This document shows positions 18,830 through 28,412 of a stretch of 64,000 nucleotides of DNA, in pieces. The notes under the pieces were generated by a model. The model saw only the letters and a program-made list of their open reading frames with translations, ran no database searches and was not told the DNA's origin. The translations under genes and the position numbers were made by a program. Numbering within the stretch: the first letter of the stretch is position 1; each line of letters begins with the position of its first letter. Source of the stretch: Eubacteriales bacterium (GTDB lineage: Bacteria > Bacillota > Clostridia > Oscillospirales > UBA644); the NCBI GenBank assembly GCA_045542115.1, contig JAZQKK010000014.1:253646-317645 (forward strand). The letters are read 5' to 3'.

Positions 18830-19291
18830 TCAATCATCCAACTGAACGTATTCGGTGACGTGTTCCCGGTACAGGTGACCGTCCAGATGGTCGGTCTCGT
18901 GGCAGAAGCAAACGGCAACGATGCCGGTGCGGGTATATTTCACGGGGTTTCCGTATTCATCCTGGGCCTCTACCGTCACTTTGGCGGGGCGAACGGTCTT
19001 TCCCCAAACACCGGGGACGGAAAGGCATCCTTCCGTGGGAGTTTGCGTTCCTTCGGTATGGGTAATCACGGGATTGACCAGCACCAAAACTTCGTCGTTG
19101 TCGTCCACCACCAGGGCAAGGCGCTTCAATACTCCCACCTGCGGGGCGGCAAGGCCGGCGCCGTTGGCCTTTGCCAACGTATCCTTCATATCTTCCACCA
19201 ACTGACGAAGACGGTCGTCAAATACGGTAACGGGACGGCAAACCTTTGCCAAAATTTCGTCCCCTTCTTTTACGATGTTACGAATAGCCAT
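18830..19291 (-). CDS. def: Peptide deformylase
   Basis: GAGLAAPQVG, EGCLSVP, HETDHLDG. Confidence 0.96.
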   Translation of the reverse strand: MAIRNIVKEGDEILAKVCRPVTVFDDRLRQLVEDMKDTLAKANGAGLAAPQVGVLKRLALVVDDNDEVLVLVNPVITHTEGTQTPTEGCLSVPGVWGKTVRPAKVTVEAQDEYGNPVKYTRTGIVAVCFCHETDHLDGHLYREHVTEYVQLDD

Positions 19292-19315
19292 AATTTATGC
19301 TTCCTTTCGGGAAAA

Positions 19316-21544
19316 TCAGAGAATGTTAACGGGATTCATATCAGCGATTACGGTAACGTCCCGGTTTTCTTTGCGGGCACGGAATTCTTCCAACAATTGA
19401 GAAATCATCTGCCGTTGAGGTCGGGTATCCTTGCATTTCATCAACACCCGAACCCGGTTTTTTCCGCCTACCAGCGGTACGGCGGTTACTTTGGGCAAAA
19501 TCAGGCGAACGGGGAACGATGCGGCATCATCCCGGGTCTTTTCCTGAATCTGCCGGGAAAAATCTTCGGCGGCGCGGAAGGCCTCGGCCTCGGAATCCGC
19601 CAAAAAACAGAACTGACACAGGTCACAATACGGGGGGTATAGCAGGGATTTGCGAAGGGACATTTCTTCGTTGTAAAATCCTTGATAATCCTGGGCAAAC
19701 GCGTAGGATAAAACGTAGTGGGTGGGAGAAAAGGTCTGAACCACGGCTCTTCCCTCTTTTTCCGCCCGGCCGGCCCGGCCAACTACCTGGGTGAGAAGGG
19801 AGAAGGTCTTCTCAAACGCACGGAAATCCGACGTATACAGAGACATATCGGCATTCAAGACCCCGACCAACGTTACGTCGGGGAAATCCAATCCCTTCGT
19901 AATCATCTGAGTCCCTAAAAGAACGTCGTATTTTTTGTCTCGAAAATCATTTAAAATTCCTTCCCGGGTATACTTGCCTCCCACCGTGTCCGCATCCATC
20001 CGACAAACCCGGATACCGGGAAAGAGGCGAAGCAATTCTTCTTCGGCTTTTTGCGTTCCAACGCCGCTGTACAACAGGCGTTTTCCACCGCAGGAAGCAC
20101 AGGACGAAAGATAGCCGGTGGAGTATCCGCAATAATTGCAGACCACCCGGTTATTGTAAGAATGATAGGTCATTGCAATCCCGCAATGGGGACATTTGAC
20201 CACGGAATTACAAGAAGTGCAAGTGATATGGGACTGATACCCCCGACGGTTCATAAACAGAATTGCCTGTTCTCCCCGTTGGAGATTCTGCTCCAACTCA
20301 ATGCCCAGCGTCCGGCCGATACAGGAACGGTTTCCCGACATCATTTCCCGACGCAGGTCCGCCACCAAAACCTTCGGCAAGGGGCGGCCGTTGAATCGTT
20401 CGGTCAACTGCTCAAAACCGATAATACCGGACTTGGCCCGATAATAACTTTCAAAGGACGGCGTGGCGGAAGCCAGCAACAGCAATCCTTTGCCACGAGC
20501 CACACGAAAAGCGGCCACTTCCCGGGCGTGATACCGGGGGGATGCTTCGGATTTATAGGTGTGTTCCTGCTCTTCGTCAATCAAAAACAAAGACCCGGGA
20601 GAAACGGGAGCAAACACGGCGGAACGGGTTCCGATGACCACCTTTGCATCTCCGGATTGAATCCGGCGCCATTCGTCAAACCGTTCCCCCATCGAAAGTC
20701 CGCTGTGGAGAACTGCAAGAGATTGAGCGTAATGAGCGTAAAGCCGATTGACGATCTGCAACGTCAAGGAGATCTCCGGAATCATCAAAACCGCCTGTTT
20801 TCCCTGCTTTAACGCTTCGTCGATAAGGCGGATAAAAACGTGGGTCTTTCCGCTTCCCGTAACCCCGTACAAAAGATGGGTCTTTCCGCTGTTCAAATCG
20901 GAAATCAGCGGCTCTACCGCGTTCGTCTGTTCTTGGTTCAGACAAATTTGAGGGGGCGTTTCGGGGATAGGCCGGTCTTTGAGGGGATTGCGAAGCACCT
21001 CGGCCTTTTCCAGCGTGACGAGGCCTTTTTTTGCCAAAGTCTTTACCACCGATTCGGAAACGCCGGCCATATAGGTCAATTCTTTCAGCGTCATCTGACC
21101 TTCTTCCAGCAAGAATCCAAGCACGTCGCAATGTTTTCGGTTGGCGTAATTAGTCTCCATATACAAGGCGGCGGCACCTTCATCGGCAACCGATACGGAC
21201 AAAACCGACTTTGCAGAGCCACCGAACACGCCGGTGGGCAGCAAACAACGGGCCGCTTCAAACCAGGTGCAAAAATATCGGTCCCGCAAATAGCGGATGA
21301 CGGCAAGAGCCTCTTCCGAAAGATAACAATCCCCCACGGAAAGGAGGGTTTTGAGTTTTTCGGGGGGCGTTCCGTCCTTGGAAGCGTCCCCTAAGACGAC
21401 CCCCCGCACCGGTTTATTGCCTCGGCCAAAGGGCACGGTAACGATACTGCCCACCGGGGCTTTAACTCCCGGGGGAAGCAGATATTCGTACAGTTTATCC
21501 GCGGAGCGGGGAATCCCCTCCACGGCAACGCCCACAGAGACCAT
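19316..21544 (-). CDS. priA: Primosomal protein N'
   Basis: GVTGSGKT, PEISLT, DEEQE, CPHC/CNYC/CASC zinc motifs, GTQMITKGLDFP, QVVGRAGR. Confidence 0.95.
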   Translation of the reverse strand: MVSVGVAVEGIPRSADKLYEYLLPPGVKAPVGSIVTVPFGRGNKPVRGVVLGDASKDGTPPEKLKTLLSVGDCYLSEEALAVIRYLRDRYFCTWFEAARCLLPTGVFGGSAKSVLSVSVADEGAAALYMETNYANRKHCDVLGFLLEEGQMTLKELTYMAGVSESVVKTLAKKGLVTLEKAEVLRNPLKDRPIPETPPQICLNQEQTNAVEPLISDLNSGKTHLLYGVTGSGKTHVFIRLIDEALKQGKQAVLMIPEISLTLQIVNRLYAHYAQSLAVLHSGLSMGERFDEWRRIQSGDAKVVIGTRSAVFAPVSPGSLFLIDEEQEHTYKSEASPRYHAREVAAFRVARGKGLLLLASATPSFESYYRAKSGIIGFEQLTERFNGRPLPKVLVADLRREMMSGNRSCIGRTLGIELEQNLQRGEQAILFMNRRGYQSHITCTSCNSVVKCPHCGIAMTYHSYNNRVVCNYCGYSTGYLSSCASCGGKRLLYSGVGTQKAEEELLRLFPGIRVCRMDADTVGGKYTREGILNDFRDKKYDVLLGTQMITKGLDFPDVTLVGVLNADMSLYTSDFRAFEKTFSLLTQVVGRAGRAEKEGRAVVQTFSPTHYVLSYAFAQDYQGFYNEEMSLRKSLLYPPYCDLCQFCFLADSEAEAFRAAEDFSRQIQEKTRDDAASFPVRLILPKVTAVPLVGGKNRVRVLMKCKDTRPQRQMISQLLEEFRARKENRDVTVIADMNPVNIL

Positions 21545-21564
21545 ACGGCAAAAACTCCCGTTTC

Positions 21565-21780
21565 TTATTCTTCGATTTCCGTCCCGTCAGGTTCGGAATA
21601 GACGGCTTTTCCGTCTGCAAAAGCGTTGACAGCCATTTTAATGGGCTTTTCCGAAAGACGTTCCTTGTTATTGTTGGCACGTTCGGCGATGGTCCGGGCT
21701 TCCTTAGCCACGGCGATGACCAAAGAATAACGGCACTGCTTTTTCTGTCTGATAAGTTTGCTGACTGCGGGGTAAATCAT
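21565..21780 (-). CDS. rpoZ: RNA polymerase omega subunit
   Basis: MIYPAVSKL...CRYSLVIAVAKEARTI...KPIKMA; located after gmk. Confidence 0.88.
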   Translation of the reverse strand: MIYPAVSKLIRQKKQCRYSLVIAVAKEARTIAERANNNKERLSEKPIKMAVNAFADGKAVYSEPDGTEIEE

Positions 21781-21816
21781 AATAAAAACTTCCTTTCGAA
21801 ATGTGAAAATCAAATA

Positions 21817-22386
21817 TTAAAGGTCGGCGGTCTCGCGCAAGAAGATTGCATCCAGCTCGTCTCTTGCTTTTTGCAAATCGTCGTTTACTACGGTATAACG
21901 GTAATCTCCGCTGCAAGCCATTTCTTCTTCCGCCTGCTTCAAACGGCGAAGGACCACGTCTTCCGGCTCGCTCTTGCGCCCCCGGAGGCGTTGGCCCAAA
22001 AGTTCCAGGGATGGGGGCGAAATAAAAACGGTGACGGCGTCGGGATACTGAGCGTAAGCGTCCTTCATCCCTTGGGTCTCGATTTCCAAAATTGCGCTGC
22101 GGCCGGCGTTCAGAGCATCTTCCACCGGCTTGCGGGGGGTTCCGTAAATATTGCCGCAATACCGCTTGTATTCAATAAAGGCGTTGTCGGCAATCATTTC
22201 TTCAAATTTCTCGTGGGTGAGGAAATAGTAATGGACTCCGTCCTGTTCCAACCCTTCCCGAGGGGCGCGGGTGGTAGCAGAGATGGAATAAAACACGTCG
22301 GGATGGCGCTCCCGCAAATCGGAAAGCAAGGTCCCCTTTCCGCTTCCGGAGGGTCCGGAAATTATAAACAAACGGGGGCGGCTCAT
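21817..22386 (-). CDS. gmk: Guanylate kinase
   Basis: [24 protein letters not shown]. Confidence 0.96.
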   Translation of the reverse strand: MSRPRLFIISGPSGSGKGTLLSDLRERHPDVFYSISATTRAPREGLEQDGVHYYFLTHEKFEEMIADNAFIEYKRYCGNIYGTPRKPVEDALNAGRSAILEIETQGMKDAYAQYPDAVTVFISPPSLELLGQRLRGRKSEPEDVVLRRLKQAEEEMACSGDYRYTVVNDDLQKARDELDAIFLRETADL

Positions 22387-22658
22387 TCTTCTTCTCCTTC
22401 CGGTTCGTCGTCAATGGGATTCATCGCTCCGGGCACACGGTTGACGATGGTTTCGTGCTGCAAGGCACTCAAAATCACGTGGCCGCTGTCGGTAATCACC
22501 ACGGCACGGGTGCGGCGACCGTAGGTTGCATCCACCAACGTTCCCTTATCCCGGGCGTCTTGAACCAAACGTTTGATAGGGGAAGAATCAGGGGAAATGA
22601 TAGCCACGATGCGGTGGGCGGCAACCACGTTGCCGAATCCGATACTAATCAACTGCAT
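22383..22658 (-). CDS. remA: RemA/DUF370 regulator
   Basis: [28 protein letters not shown]...[11 protein letters not shown]. Confidence 0.95.
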   Translation of the reverse strand: MQLISIGFGNVVAAHRIVAIISPDSSPIKRLVQDARDKGTLVDATYGRRTRAVVITDSGHVILSALQHETIVNRVPGAMNPIDDEPEGEEE

Positions 22659-22670
22659 TATTCGTCCCCC

Positions 22671-23549
22671 TTATTCGATGTTCTGAATCTGTTCCCGAAT
22701 TTTTTCGATGACCGATTTCATTTCGATGGCGATGCGGGTCACGTCCAGATCTCCGATTTTAGAGGTCAGGGTATTTACTTCCCGGTTCAGTTCCTGGACG
22801 ATGAAGTCCATTTTCTTCCCGTTGGAATCACCCTTCACCAGCATTTCCCGCAAAGCAGTACAATGAGAGCGGAGACGGACCAATTCTTCGTCTACGGCGG
22901 TCTTGTCCGCCATCACGGCTACTTCGGTCAAGATCCGGCCTTCGTCCACGGTATGTTCGCCCAGCAATTCCTCCATCCGGGTGCGGAGCCGGGTCTCGTA
23001 GGCTTCCATCAGAGCGGGAAGATGGGATTCCACCTGTTGGGCGTACGCCGTCAATTCTTCACACTTGGAAACGATGTCGTCCGCAAGGCGCTTTCCTTCC
23101 GCTTCCCGTTGAGCCAAGAAAGATTCCAAAGCTTCTTCTACGACCGATTGGATGTCCTTCCAGGCCTCGGCGGCATCTTCTTCTGCCGTATCGGCATTCA
23201 CCACCGAAGGAAGACGAAGCAAGGTGGAAACGGTCAAATCGTCTTTCAACCCCTCTTCTTCCCCGGCAGACCGAAGAGCGGTAAGGTATTTGGTCAAAAG
23301 TTCCCGGTCAACGGAAACGTCGGTATCATTTCCCTGCTCCCGCTTCACCGAAAGATTCAAATCTACTTTTCCCCGGACGATGCTTCGACGCAACTGGGCC
23401 CGAATAGGGTCTTCCAGAGAAAGATAGGCACGGGGAATACGGGCGTTCAACTCAAAATAACGGTGGTTGACCGCTTTAATTTCTACGGTGATGTCCCGGG
23501 ACCCCACCGCCCGTTGTGCCCGGCCGTAACCGGTCATACTGCGAATCAT
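22671..23549 (-). CDS. yicC: YicC/YloC family endoribonuclease
   Basis: MIRSMTGYGRA, VNHRYFE, GKKMDFIVQELNREVNT, EKIREQIQNIE. Confidence 0.95.
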   Translation of the reverse strand: MIRSMTGYGRAQRAVGSRDITVEIKAVNHRYFELNARIPRAYLSLEDPIRAQLRRSIVRGKVDLNLSVKREQGNDTDVSVDRELLTKYLTALRSAGEEEGLKDDLTVSTLLRLPSVVNADTAEEDAAEAWKDIQSVVEEALESFLAQREAEGKRLADDIVSKCEELTAYAQQVESHLPALMEAYETRLRTRMEELLGEHTVDEGRILTEVAVMADKTAVDEELVRLRSHCTALREMLVKGDSNGKKMDFIVQELNREVNTLTSKIGDLDVTRIAIEMKSVIEKIREQIQNIE

Positions 23550-23750
23550 AGCGTATACCTCAATAATTTATTATATATTTTGTCTATATATTATAGTCCG
23601 CAAACCTCGGTTTGTCAATCCCTTTTTTCCGATTTTTCACAAACATTTCACCCTTTTGAAACATTAAGGAGCGTGGCGTTTGAGAAAAAAAATGTAAAAT
23701 AGAAACAAATAACATAAAAAGAACCCTTCGGAAGAAGAGTTCTTTTCTTT

Positions 23751-24806
23751 TCATTTTCGTTCTTTGGATTCTTTTTGCAACCGTTCAAAGAGACGTGGCA
23801 TAAACTCCCGGAAGGCGGAAGGCAAAGCGTAGACCGACCGCAAGTCTTCCGAATCTGCCCACTGCCAATTTTCCGGTAGGTCCGGAGAAGAAAGAACCAA
23901 AACTTTGGATTCCATCTCCCACTCAATATGGGAAAATACGTGTTTTGCCCAACCAAACCCGCCTTCTTCCCTGCCGCAGAATCCTTCGGGAAGAACCGGT
24001 TCATCGACAAGCCCATTGGGAAATTCCCACATTCCGGATAAAAGTCCCTTCTTGGGGCGACGGCGCAAGGCGACCCGGCCATCGTACAGAAGGAAAAACA
24101 CCGTGCGGCGTTCCACCCGGCGGGGCTTTGCTTTGCTTTTTACCGGAAGGACCGCTGTCAAAGATTTTGCTTTTGCAACACAATGACAAGAAACAGGACA
24201 CTGTTCACATAGCGGAGTCCCATTGGGCAGACACACCGTGGCTCCCAACTCCATCAAGGCCTGGGTATATTCCGACGTTTTCCCTTCCGGCATTGCTCCG
24301 CGCAACAACTCCCGACAAGTCTTACGGGTCTCGTCTGCCATAATATCGGAATCGTTTCCCGTAATCCGGGACCAGACCCGAAGAACGTTTCCGTCTACGG
24401 CGGGCTCCGGTTTTCCGAAGGCAATGGAACAAATGGCACCGGCGGTGTAATCTCCGATTCCGGGCAGAGAGCGAACCGAAGCGTAGTCCGACGGGAAAAC
24501 GCCCCCGTAATCTTCCATAATCTTTATTGCGGCTTTTTTCAGATTCCGGGCCCGGGAATAATACCCCAAGCCCTCCCAGAGTTTCATCAACTTTTCATCG
24601 TCACAACGGGCAAGAGCGTCTACGGTGGGAAGCTCTTTCAAAAACCGTTCGTAATACGGAATCACCGCCGAGACCCGGGTCTGTTGGAGCATAATCTCCG
24701 AAATCCACACGTGATAGGGCGTAGGGTCACTTCGCCAGGGCATCGTCCGGGCGTGACGGGAAAACCATTCCAGCAACGGGACGGTCAGGTAATTCCAACG
24801 GTTCAT
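23751..24806 (-). CDS. mutY: A/G-specific adenine glycosylase
   Basis: VWISEIMLQQTRV, WEGLGYYSRARNL, LPGIGDYTAGA, VDGNVLRV, CLPNGTPLCEQCP. Start after GGAGG. Confidence 0.95.
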   Translation of the reverse strand: MNRWNYLTVPLLEWFSRHARTMPWRSDPTPYHVWISEIMLQQTRVSAVIPYYERFLKELPTVDALARCDDEKLMKLWEGLGYYSRARNLKKAAIKIMEDYGGVFPSDYASVRSLPGIGDYTAGAICSIAFGKPEPAVDGNVLRVWSRITGNDSDIMADETRKTCRELLRGAMPEGKTSEYTQALMELGATVCLPNGTPLCEQCPVSCHCVAKAKSLTAVLPVKSKAKPRRVERRTVFFLLYDGRVALRRRPKKGLLSGMWEFPNGLVDEPVLPEGFCGREEGGFGWAKHVFSHIEWEMESKVLVLSSPDLPENWQWADSEDLRSVYALPSAFREFMPRLFERLQKESKERK

Positions 24807-24917
24807 AGATTCCTCCGTATAATCAAGCAAAAGGCTACATATAATTAAAACATCCTTCGTTCGGTATCAGTATACCATATTCTCAAAAAAAATTCAAGAG
24901 TTTTCCACACAATCCTA

Positions 24918-24946
24918 TTGACAAACCTTGGAAAAAATGGTAAAAT
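24918..24946 (+). promoter_or_regulatory. sigmaA promoter of the P-type ATPase
   Basis: TTGACA-N17-TAAAAT. Confidence 0.7.
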
Positions 24947-24950
24947 GATA

Positions 24951-25085
24951 CGGTAAAAGGGAGTAGCCCGAAGTTTAATGCTTCTTTGCGATTCGCCAAT
25001 ACGGATATTTTTATCCCGGATTGCAGGGTACTGTAATGTATCGGCAAGACTTTTGCAGTATCGACTGCAAAGGTCTTTTTGTTTT
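24951..25085 (+). ncRNA. yybP-ykoY (Mn2+) riboswitch with overlapping terminator
   Basis: AAAAGGGAGTAGC ... CGCCAATAC ... GGCAAGACTTTT signature. Terminator AAGACTTTTGCAGT-atcg-ACTGCAAAGGTCTT-TTT overlaps the 3' strand of the aptamer. Confidence 0.85.
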
Positions 25086-25128
25086 TTGCAGTAAAAAATT
25101 ATATCATATCAAAGAAAGGTCTGTGAAA

Positions 25129-27747
25129 ATGAAACACTATTTTGAAACAGCACAAGCGGTCTTAAAAGAAGTGAAATCCACGGAAAACGGATTGACTTCC
25201 CAGCAAGCCGCGGAACTGGGAACCGGCAAAAACAAGCTGGCTGAGGGGAAAAAGATATCCGTTCTGATGCGGTTCTTTAACCAGCTGACCGACCCGATGA
25301 TTATCATTCTTTTGGTGGCAGCGGTGGTCTCCGGGGTAACGGCGGCCATCTCCCACGAATCCTTTGCCGACGTGTTCATCATTCTGTTCGTCGTAGTGCT
25401 GAACGCCGTTTTGGGCGTAGTACAGGAAAGCAAGGCGGAAAAAGCTCTGGAAGCCTTGAAAGAAATGACGGCAGCCACCTCGAAAGTTCTGCGAGACGGG
25501 GAAATGGTCCACGTAAAGAGCGAAGATTTGGTGGTAGGCGACGTTATCCTGTTAGAAGCGGGGGACGCCGTTCCCGCCGATGTACGGATTCTGGAATCCG
25601 CCTCGATGAAGGTGGAAGAAGCGGCTTTGACCGGGGAATCCAATGCCATTACCAAAACCTCCGACGTGTTGCCCCAAAGCGGAAAAGACTGTCCCTTGGG
25701 CGACCGGAAGAATATGGCCTATATGGGAAGCACCGTGGTATACGGACGCGGAAGAGCGGTAGTCACCGCCATTGGGATGGAGACCGAAATGGGCAAAATT
25801 GCCTCTGCCCTGTCCCAGACCGAAGATTCCCAGACTCCGTTGCAAAAGAAGCTGAGTCAGCTGAGTAAGATTCTTACCTGGCTTGTGCTTGGTATTTGCG
25901 TATTCATCTTTGCCTTTACCATTCTTAAAGACGGAGATTTCGGATTCAATCATCTGTTGGAAACCTTTATGGTCGCCGTTTCTTTGGCGGTGGCCGCCAT
26001 CCCCGAAGGATTGGCAACGGTGGTTACCATCGTGTTGTCCATCGGCGTGACCAAAATGTCCAAGAGAAACGCCGTTATCCGCAAGTTGACAGCGGTAGAG
26101 ACTCTGGGATGTACCCAAGTTATCTGCTCGGATAAGACCGGGACTCTGACCCAGAACAAAATGACCGTCGTGGACCATTACGGGGACAACGAAACCCTTT
26201 TGGCGGAAGGTATGGCTCTTTGCTCCGACGCAGAATGGACCGAACGCGGTACGGAAGGAGAACCCACCGAATGTGCTTTGGTCAACTATGCTGCCAGCCT
26301 GAATCTGAAAAAGCCCAGTTTAAAGGCCTCCTCTCCCCGTATCGGAGAAGCACCCTTTGACTCTTCCCGGAAAATGATGTCCACCGTTCATAAGACCAGC
26401 GGCGGAATCGTTCAATACACCAAAGGCGCTCCCGATATCGTGCTTTCCCTCTGCACTTCCGTTCTAAAAAACGGACAGCGGGTCCCGATGACCGAAGCGT
26501 TGAAGCAAGAAATTTTAGCGGCACAAAAGGAAATGTCCGACCGTGCGCTGCGGGTCCTTGCTTTGGCAATGAAACCCCACGGGGATGCACCCACTTCCTA
26601 TGAGCCGGAAGATTTGGAACACGACCTTGTTTTCGTGGGACTGTGCGGGATGATCGACCCGGTCCGTCCCGAAGTCAAGGCTGCAATTGAAAAGTGCCGT
26701 TCTGCCGGCATCCGTCCCGTAATGATTACCGGGGACCATATTGATACGGCAATTGCCATTGCAAAGGAACTGAACATTCTTTCCGATGCTTCTCAGGCCA
26801 TCACCGGGGCACAGTTGGACGAAATCCCCGAAGAAGAATTTGAAAGTGCTGTGGAACGGTATTCGGTCTACGCCCGGGTACAGCCGGAGCACAAGGTCCG
26901 TATCGTGAAGGCGTGGAAGGTAAAAGGCAAAGTTACCGCAATGACCGGCGACGGTGTCAACGACGCTCCTTCCATCAAGAGTGCGGATATCGGCGTTGGT
27001 ATGGGTATCACCGGAACTGACGTTACCAAGAACGTGGCGGATATGATCCTTGCCGACGACAACTTCTCCACCATCGTTACGGCGGTAGAAGAAGGGCGGA
27101 AGATTTACGACAACATCCGCAAGGCCATCCAATTCCTGTTGGCGTCCAATCTGAGTGAAGTTATCTCCATCTTTACCGCGACGATTCTCGGATTTACCAT
27201 TCTTCATCCGGTGCATATTCTCTGGATCAACCTGATTACCGATACCTTCCCGGCGTTGGCGTTGGGCGTGGAAAAGAGCGAACCGGATATTATGCAGAGA
27301 AAACCCCGCAGTTCCAAGGAAGGTATCTTCTCCGGCGGCGTTGGATTTGACGTGGCATATCAAGGCATCCTGGTCTCCATTTTGACCCTTGCATCGTATT
27401 TTATCGGTCACTTTATGGAAACCGGAAACTGGGAGATCACCACCTCGGAACACGGCGTTACAATGGCGTTTTTGACGATGTCGATGGCGGAAATTTTCCA
27501 CTCCTTTAACCTGCGGTCTCAGAGAAAATCCATCTTTGCCCTGAAATCCCATAACGTAATGCTGTTCGGTGCAATGCTGGCTTCCTTGGTTCTGACCACG
27601 GCGGTCATCTATATCCCCGCCCTTGCCACGGTCTTTGAATTTACTCACGTTTCTCTGACCGAATACTTTACCGCTATGGGGCTTGCCGTTCTGGTCATTC
27701 CCGTGGTGGAAATCGTTAAATTCTTCCAGCGGAAGTTTGGAAAATAA
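25129..27747 (+). CDS. P-type (P2A, Ca2+/Mn2+) cation-transporting ATPase
   Basis: TGES, PEGL, DKTGTLT phosphorylation site, KGAPD, TGD, TGDGVNDAP. Start at ATG 25129 after AAGAAAGG. Confidence 0.95.
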   Translation: MKHYFETAQAVLKEVKSTENGLTSQQAAELGTGKNKLAEGKKISVLMRFFNQLTDPMIIILLVAAVVSGVTAAISHESFADVFIILFVVVLNAVLGVVQESKAEKALEALKEMTAATSKVLRDGEMVHVKSEDLVVGDVILLEAGDAVPADVRILESASMKVEEAALTGESNAITKTSDVLPQSGKDCPLGDRKNMAYMGSTVVYGRGRAVVTAIGMETEMGKIASALSQTEDSQTPLQKKLSQLSKILTWLVLGICVFIFAFTILKDGDFGFNHLLETFMVAVSLAVAAIPEGLATVVTIVLSIGVTKMSKRNAVIRKLTAVETLGCTQVICSDKTGTLTQNKMTVVDHYGDNETLLAEGMALCSDAEWTERGTEGEPTECALVNYAASLNLKKPSLKASSPRIGEAPFDSSRKMMSTVHKTSGGIVQYTKGAPDIVLSLCTSVLKNGQRVPMTEALKQEILAAQKEMSDRALRVLALAMKPHGDAPTSYEPEDLEHDLVFVGLCGMIDPVRPEVKAAIEKCRSAGIRPVMITGDHIDTAIAIAKELNILSDASQAITGAQLDEIPEEEFESAVERYSVYARVQPEHKVRIVKAWKVKGKVTAMTGDGVNDAPSIKSADIGVGMGITGTDVTKNVADMILADDNFSTIVTAVEEGRKIYDNIRKAIQFLLASNLSEVISIFTATILGFTILHPVHILWINLITDTFPALALGVEKSEPDIMQRKPRSSKEGIFSGGVGFDVAYQGILVSILTLASYFIGHFMETGNWEITTSEHGVTMAFLTMSMAEIFHSFNLRSQRKSIFALKSHNVMLFGAMLASLVLTTAVIYIPALATVFEFTHVSLTEYFTAMGLAVLVIPVVEIVKFFQRKFGK

Positions 27748-27782
27748 AAACCGATCATAATTTACTTCCCATTCCTTCGGAC

Positions 27783-27811
27783 TTGACATTTTTCTGAAAA
27801 TGTGGTATACT
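27783..27811 (+). promoter_or_regulatory. sigmaA promoter
   Basis: TTGACA-N17-TATACT with an extended -10 TG. Confidence 0.7.
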
Positions 27812-27852
27812 GTTACAAATAAATCCATTGGATTTACAGAGGAAGTTTCATT

Positions 27853-28281
27853 ATGAAAAAGTTTTTTAAACTTCGCACGATGTTGTGTTGGATCGTCTGT
27901 GTGATGGCGTATTGGTTTACTGCGCTGTTGTATCCCTATAATTTCTATTACAGAACAACGTTTCTGCCCCAGATGTCTTTTCTTCAAATTCTTTTGTTTG
28001 CGGGAATTACGCTGCTTTTGGGGACGGTAATGTTCCTAATTATGCAAGGCGTCGGTGCCGTAGGCAGATATATCGGAATGAAGAAAAATCTTATCTTCTA
28101 TTTTCTCTACTATTTCGTTATTTGCACGGCCTATGCCTGGGGAACGGATAAATTGCTGGATGCGGTAAAAATTGAACCTAACGGAATTTATCTTTTAATT
28201 GGATTTTTACCCGCAATGCTCTGCTCTATCATCTATTCCTATCACAGAAGCCACCGCAAAGTGAAAGGACCCAAACAATAA
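27853..28281 (+). CDS. Hypothetical ~4-TM membrane protein
   Basis: RBS AGAGGA, own promoter and terminator, four hydrophobic segments. Confidence 0.75.
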   Translation: MKKFFKLRTMLCWIVCVMAYWFTALLYPYNFYYRTTFLPQMSFLQILLFAGITLLLGTVMFLIMQGVGAVGRYIGMKKNLIFYFLYYFVICTAYAWGTDKLLDAVKIEPNGIYLLIGFLPAMLCSIIYSYHRSHRKVKGPKQ

Positions 28282-28289
28282 TCATACGA

Positions 28290-28328
28290 AAAAACACCGG
28301 ACGGGAATCTCTCCCGTCCGGTATCTTT
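28290..28328 (+). terminator. Intrinsic terminator
   Basis: ACCGGACGGGA-atctc-TCCCGTCCGGT then ATCTTT. Confidence 0.75.
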
Positions 28329-28330
28329 AT

Positions 28331-28362
28331 GCACAAAAACCTCCTTGGGGCATATAAATGGA
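28331..28362 (+). promoter_or_regulatory. Putative mother-cell (sigmaE/sigmaK-type) promoter
   Basis: GCACA...ACCTCCTTGGGG-CATATAAAT; nearly the same motif as at 12170-12203. Confidence 0.5.
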
Positions 28363-28412
28363 ATGAGCAAACGTGGTTTTGCCATTATGATTCAAGGAGG
28401 AATCGAGAAACG

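Noticed and set aside
22455-23702. Long antisense ORFs (415 aa here; also 26515-27987, 45381-46724, 44570-45577, 46870-47793, 28392-29252)
   Set aside because: Each lies opposite a confidently identified gene and has no recognisable motif; stop-poor reverse frames are expected here.
25021-25128. 36-aa N-terminal extension of the P-type ATPase in the ORF track
   Set aside because: It overlaps the riboswitch terminator; the RBS supports ATG 25129. Similar over-long starts were trimmed for rnfD, yaaT, dapA, rplJ, lysR and others.
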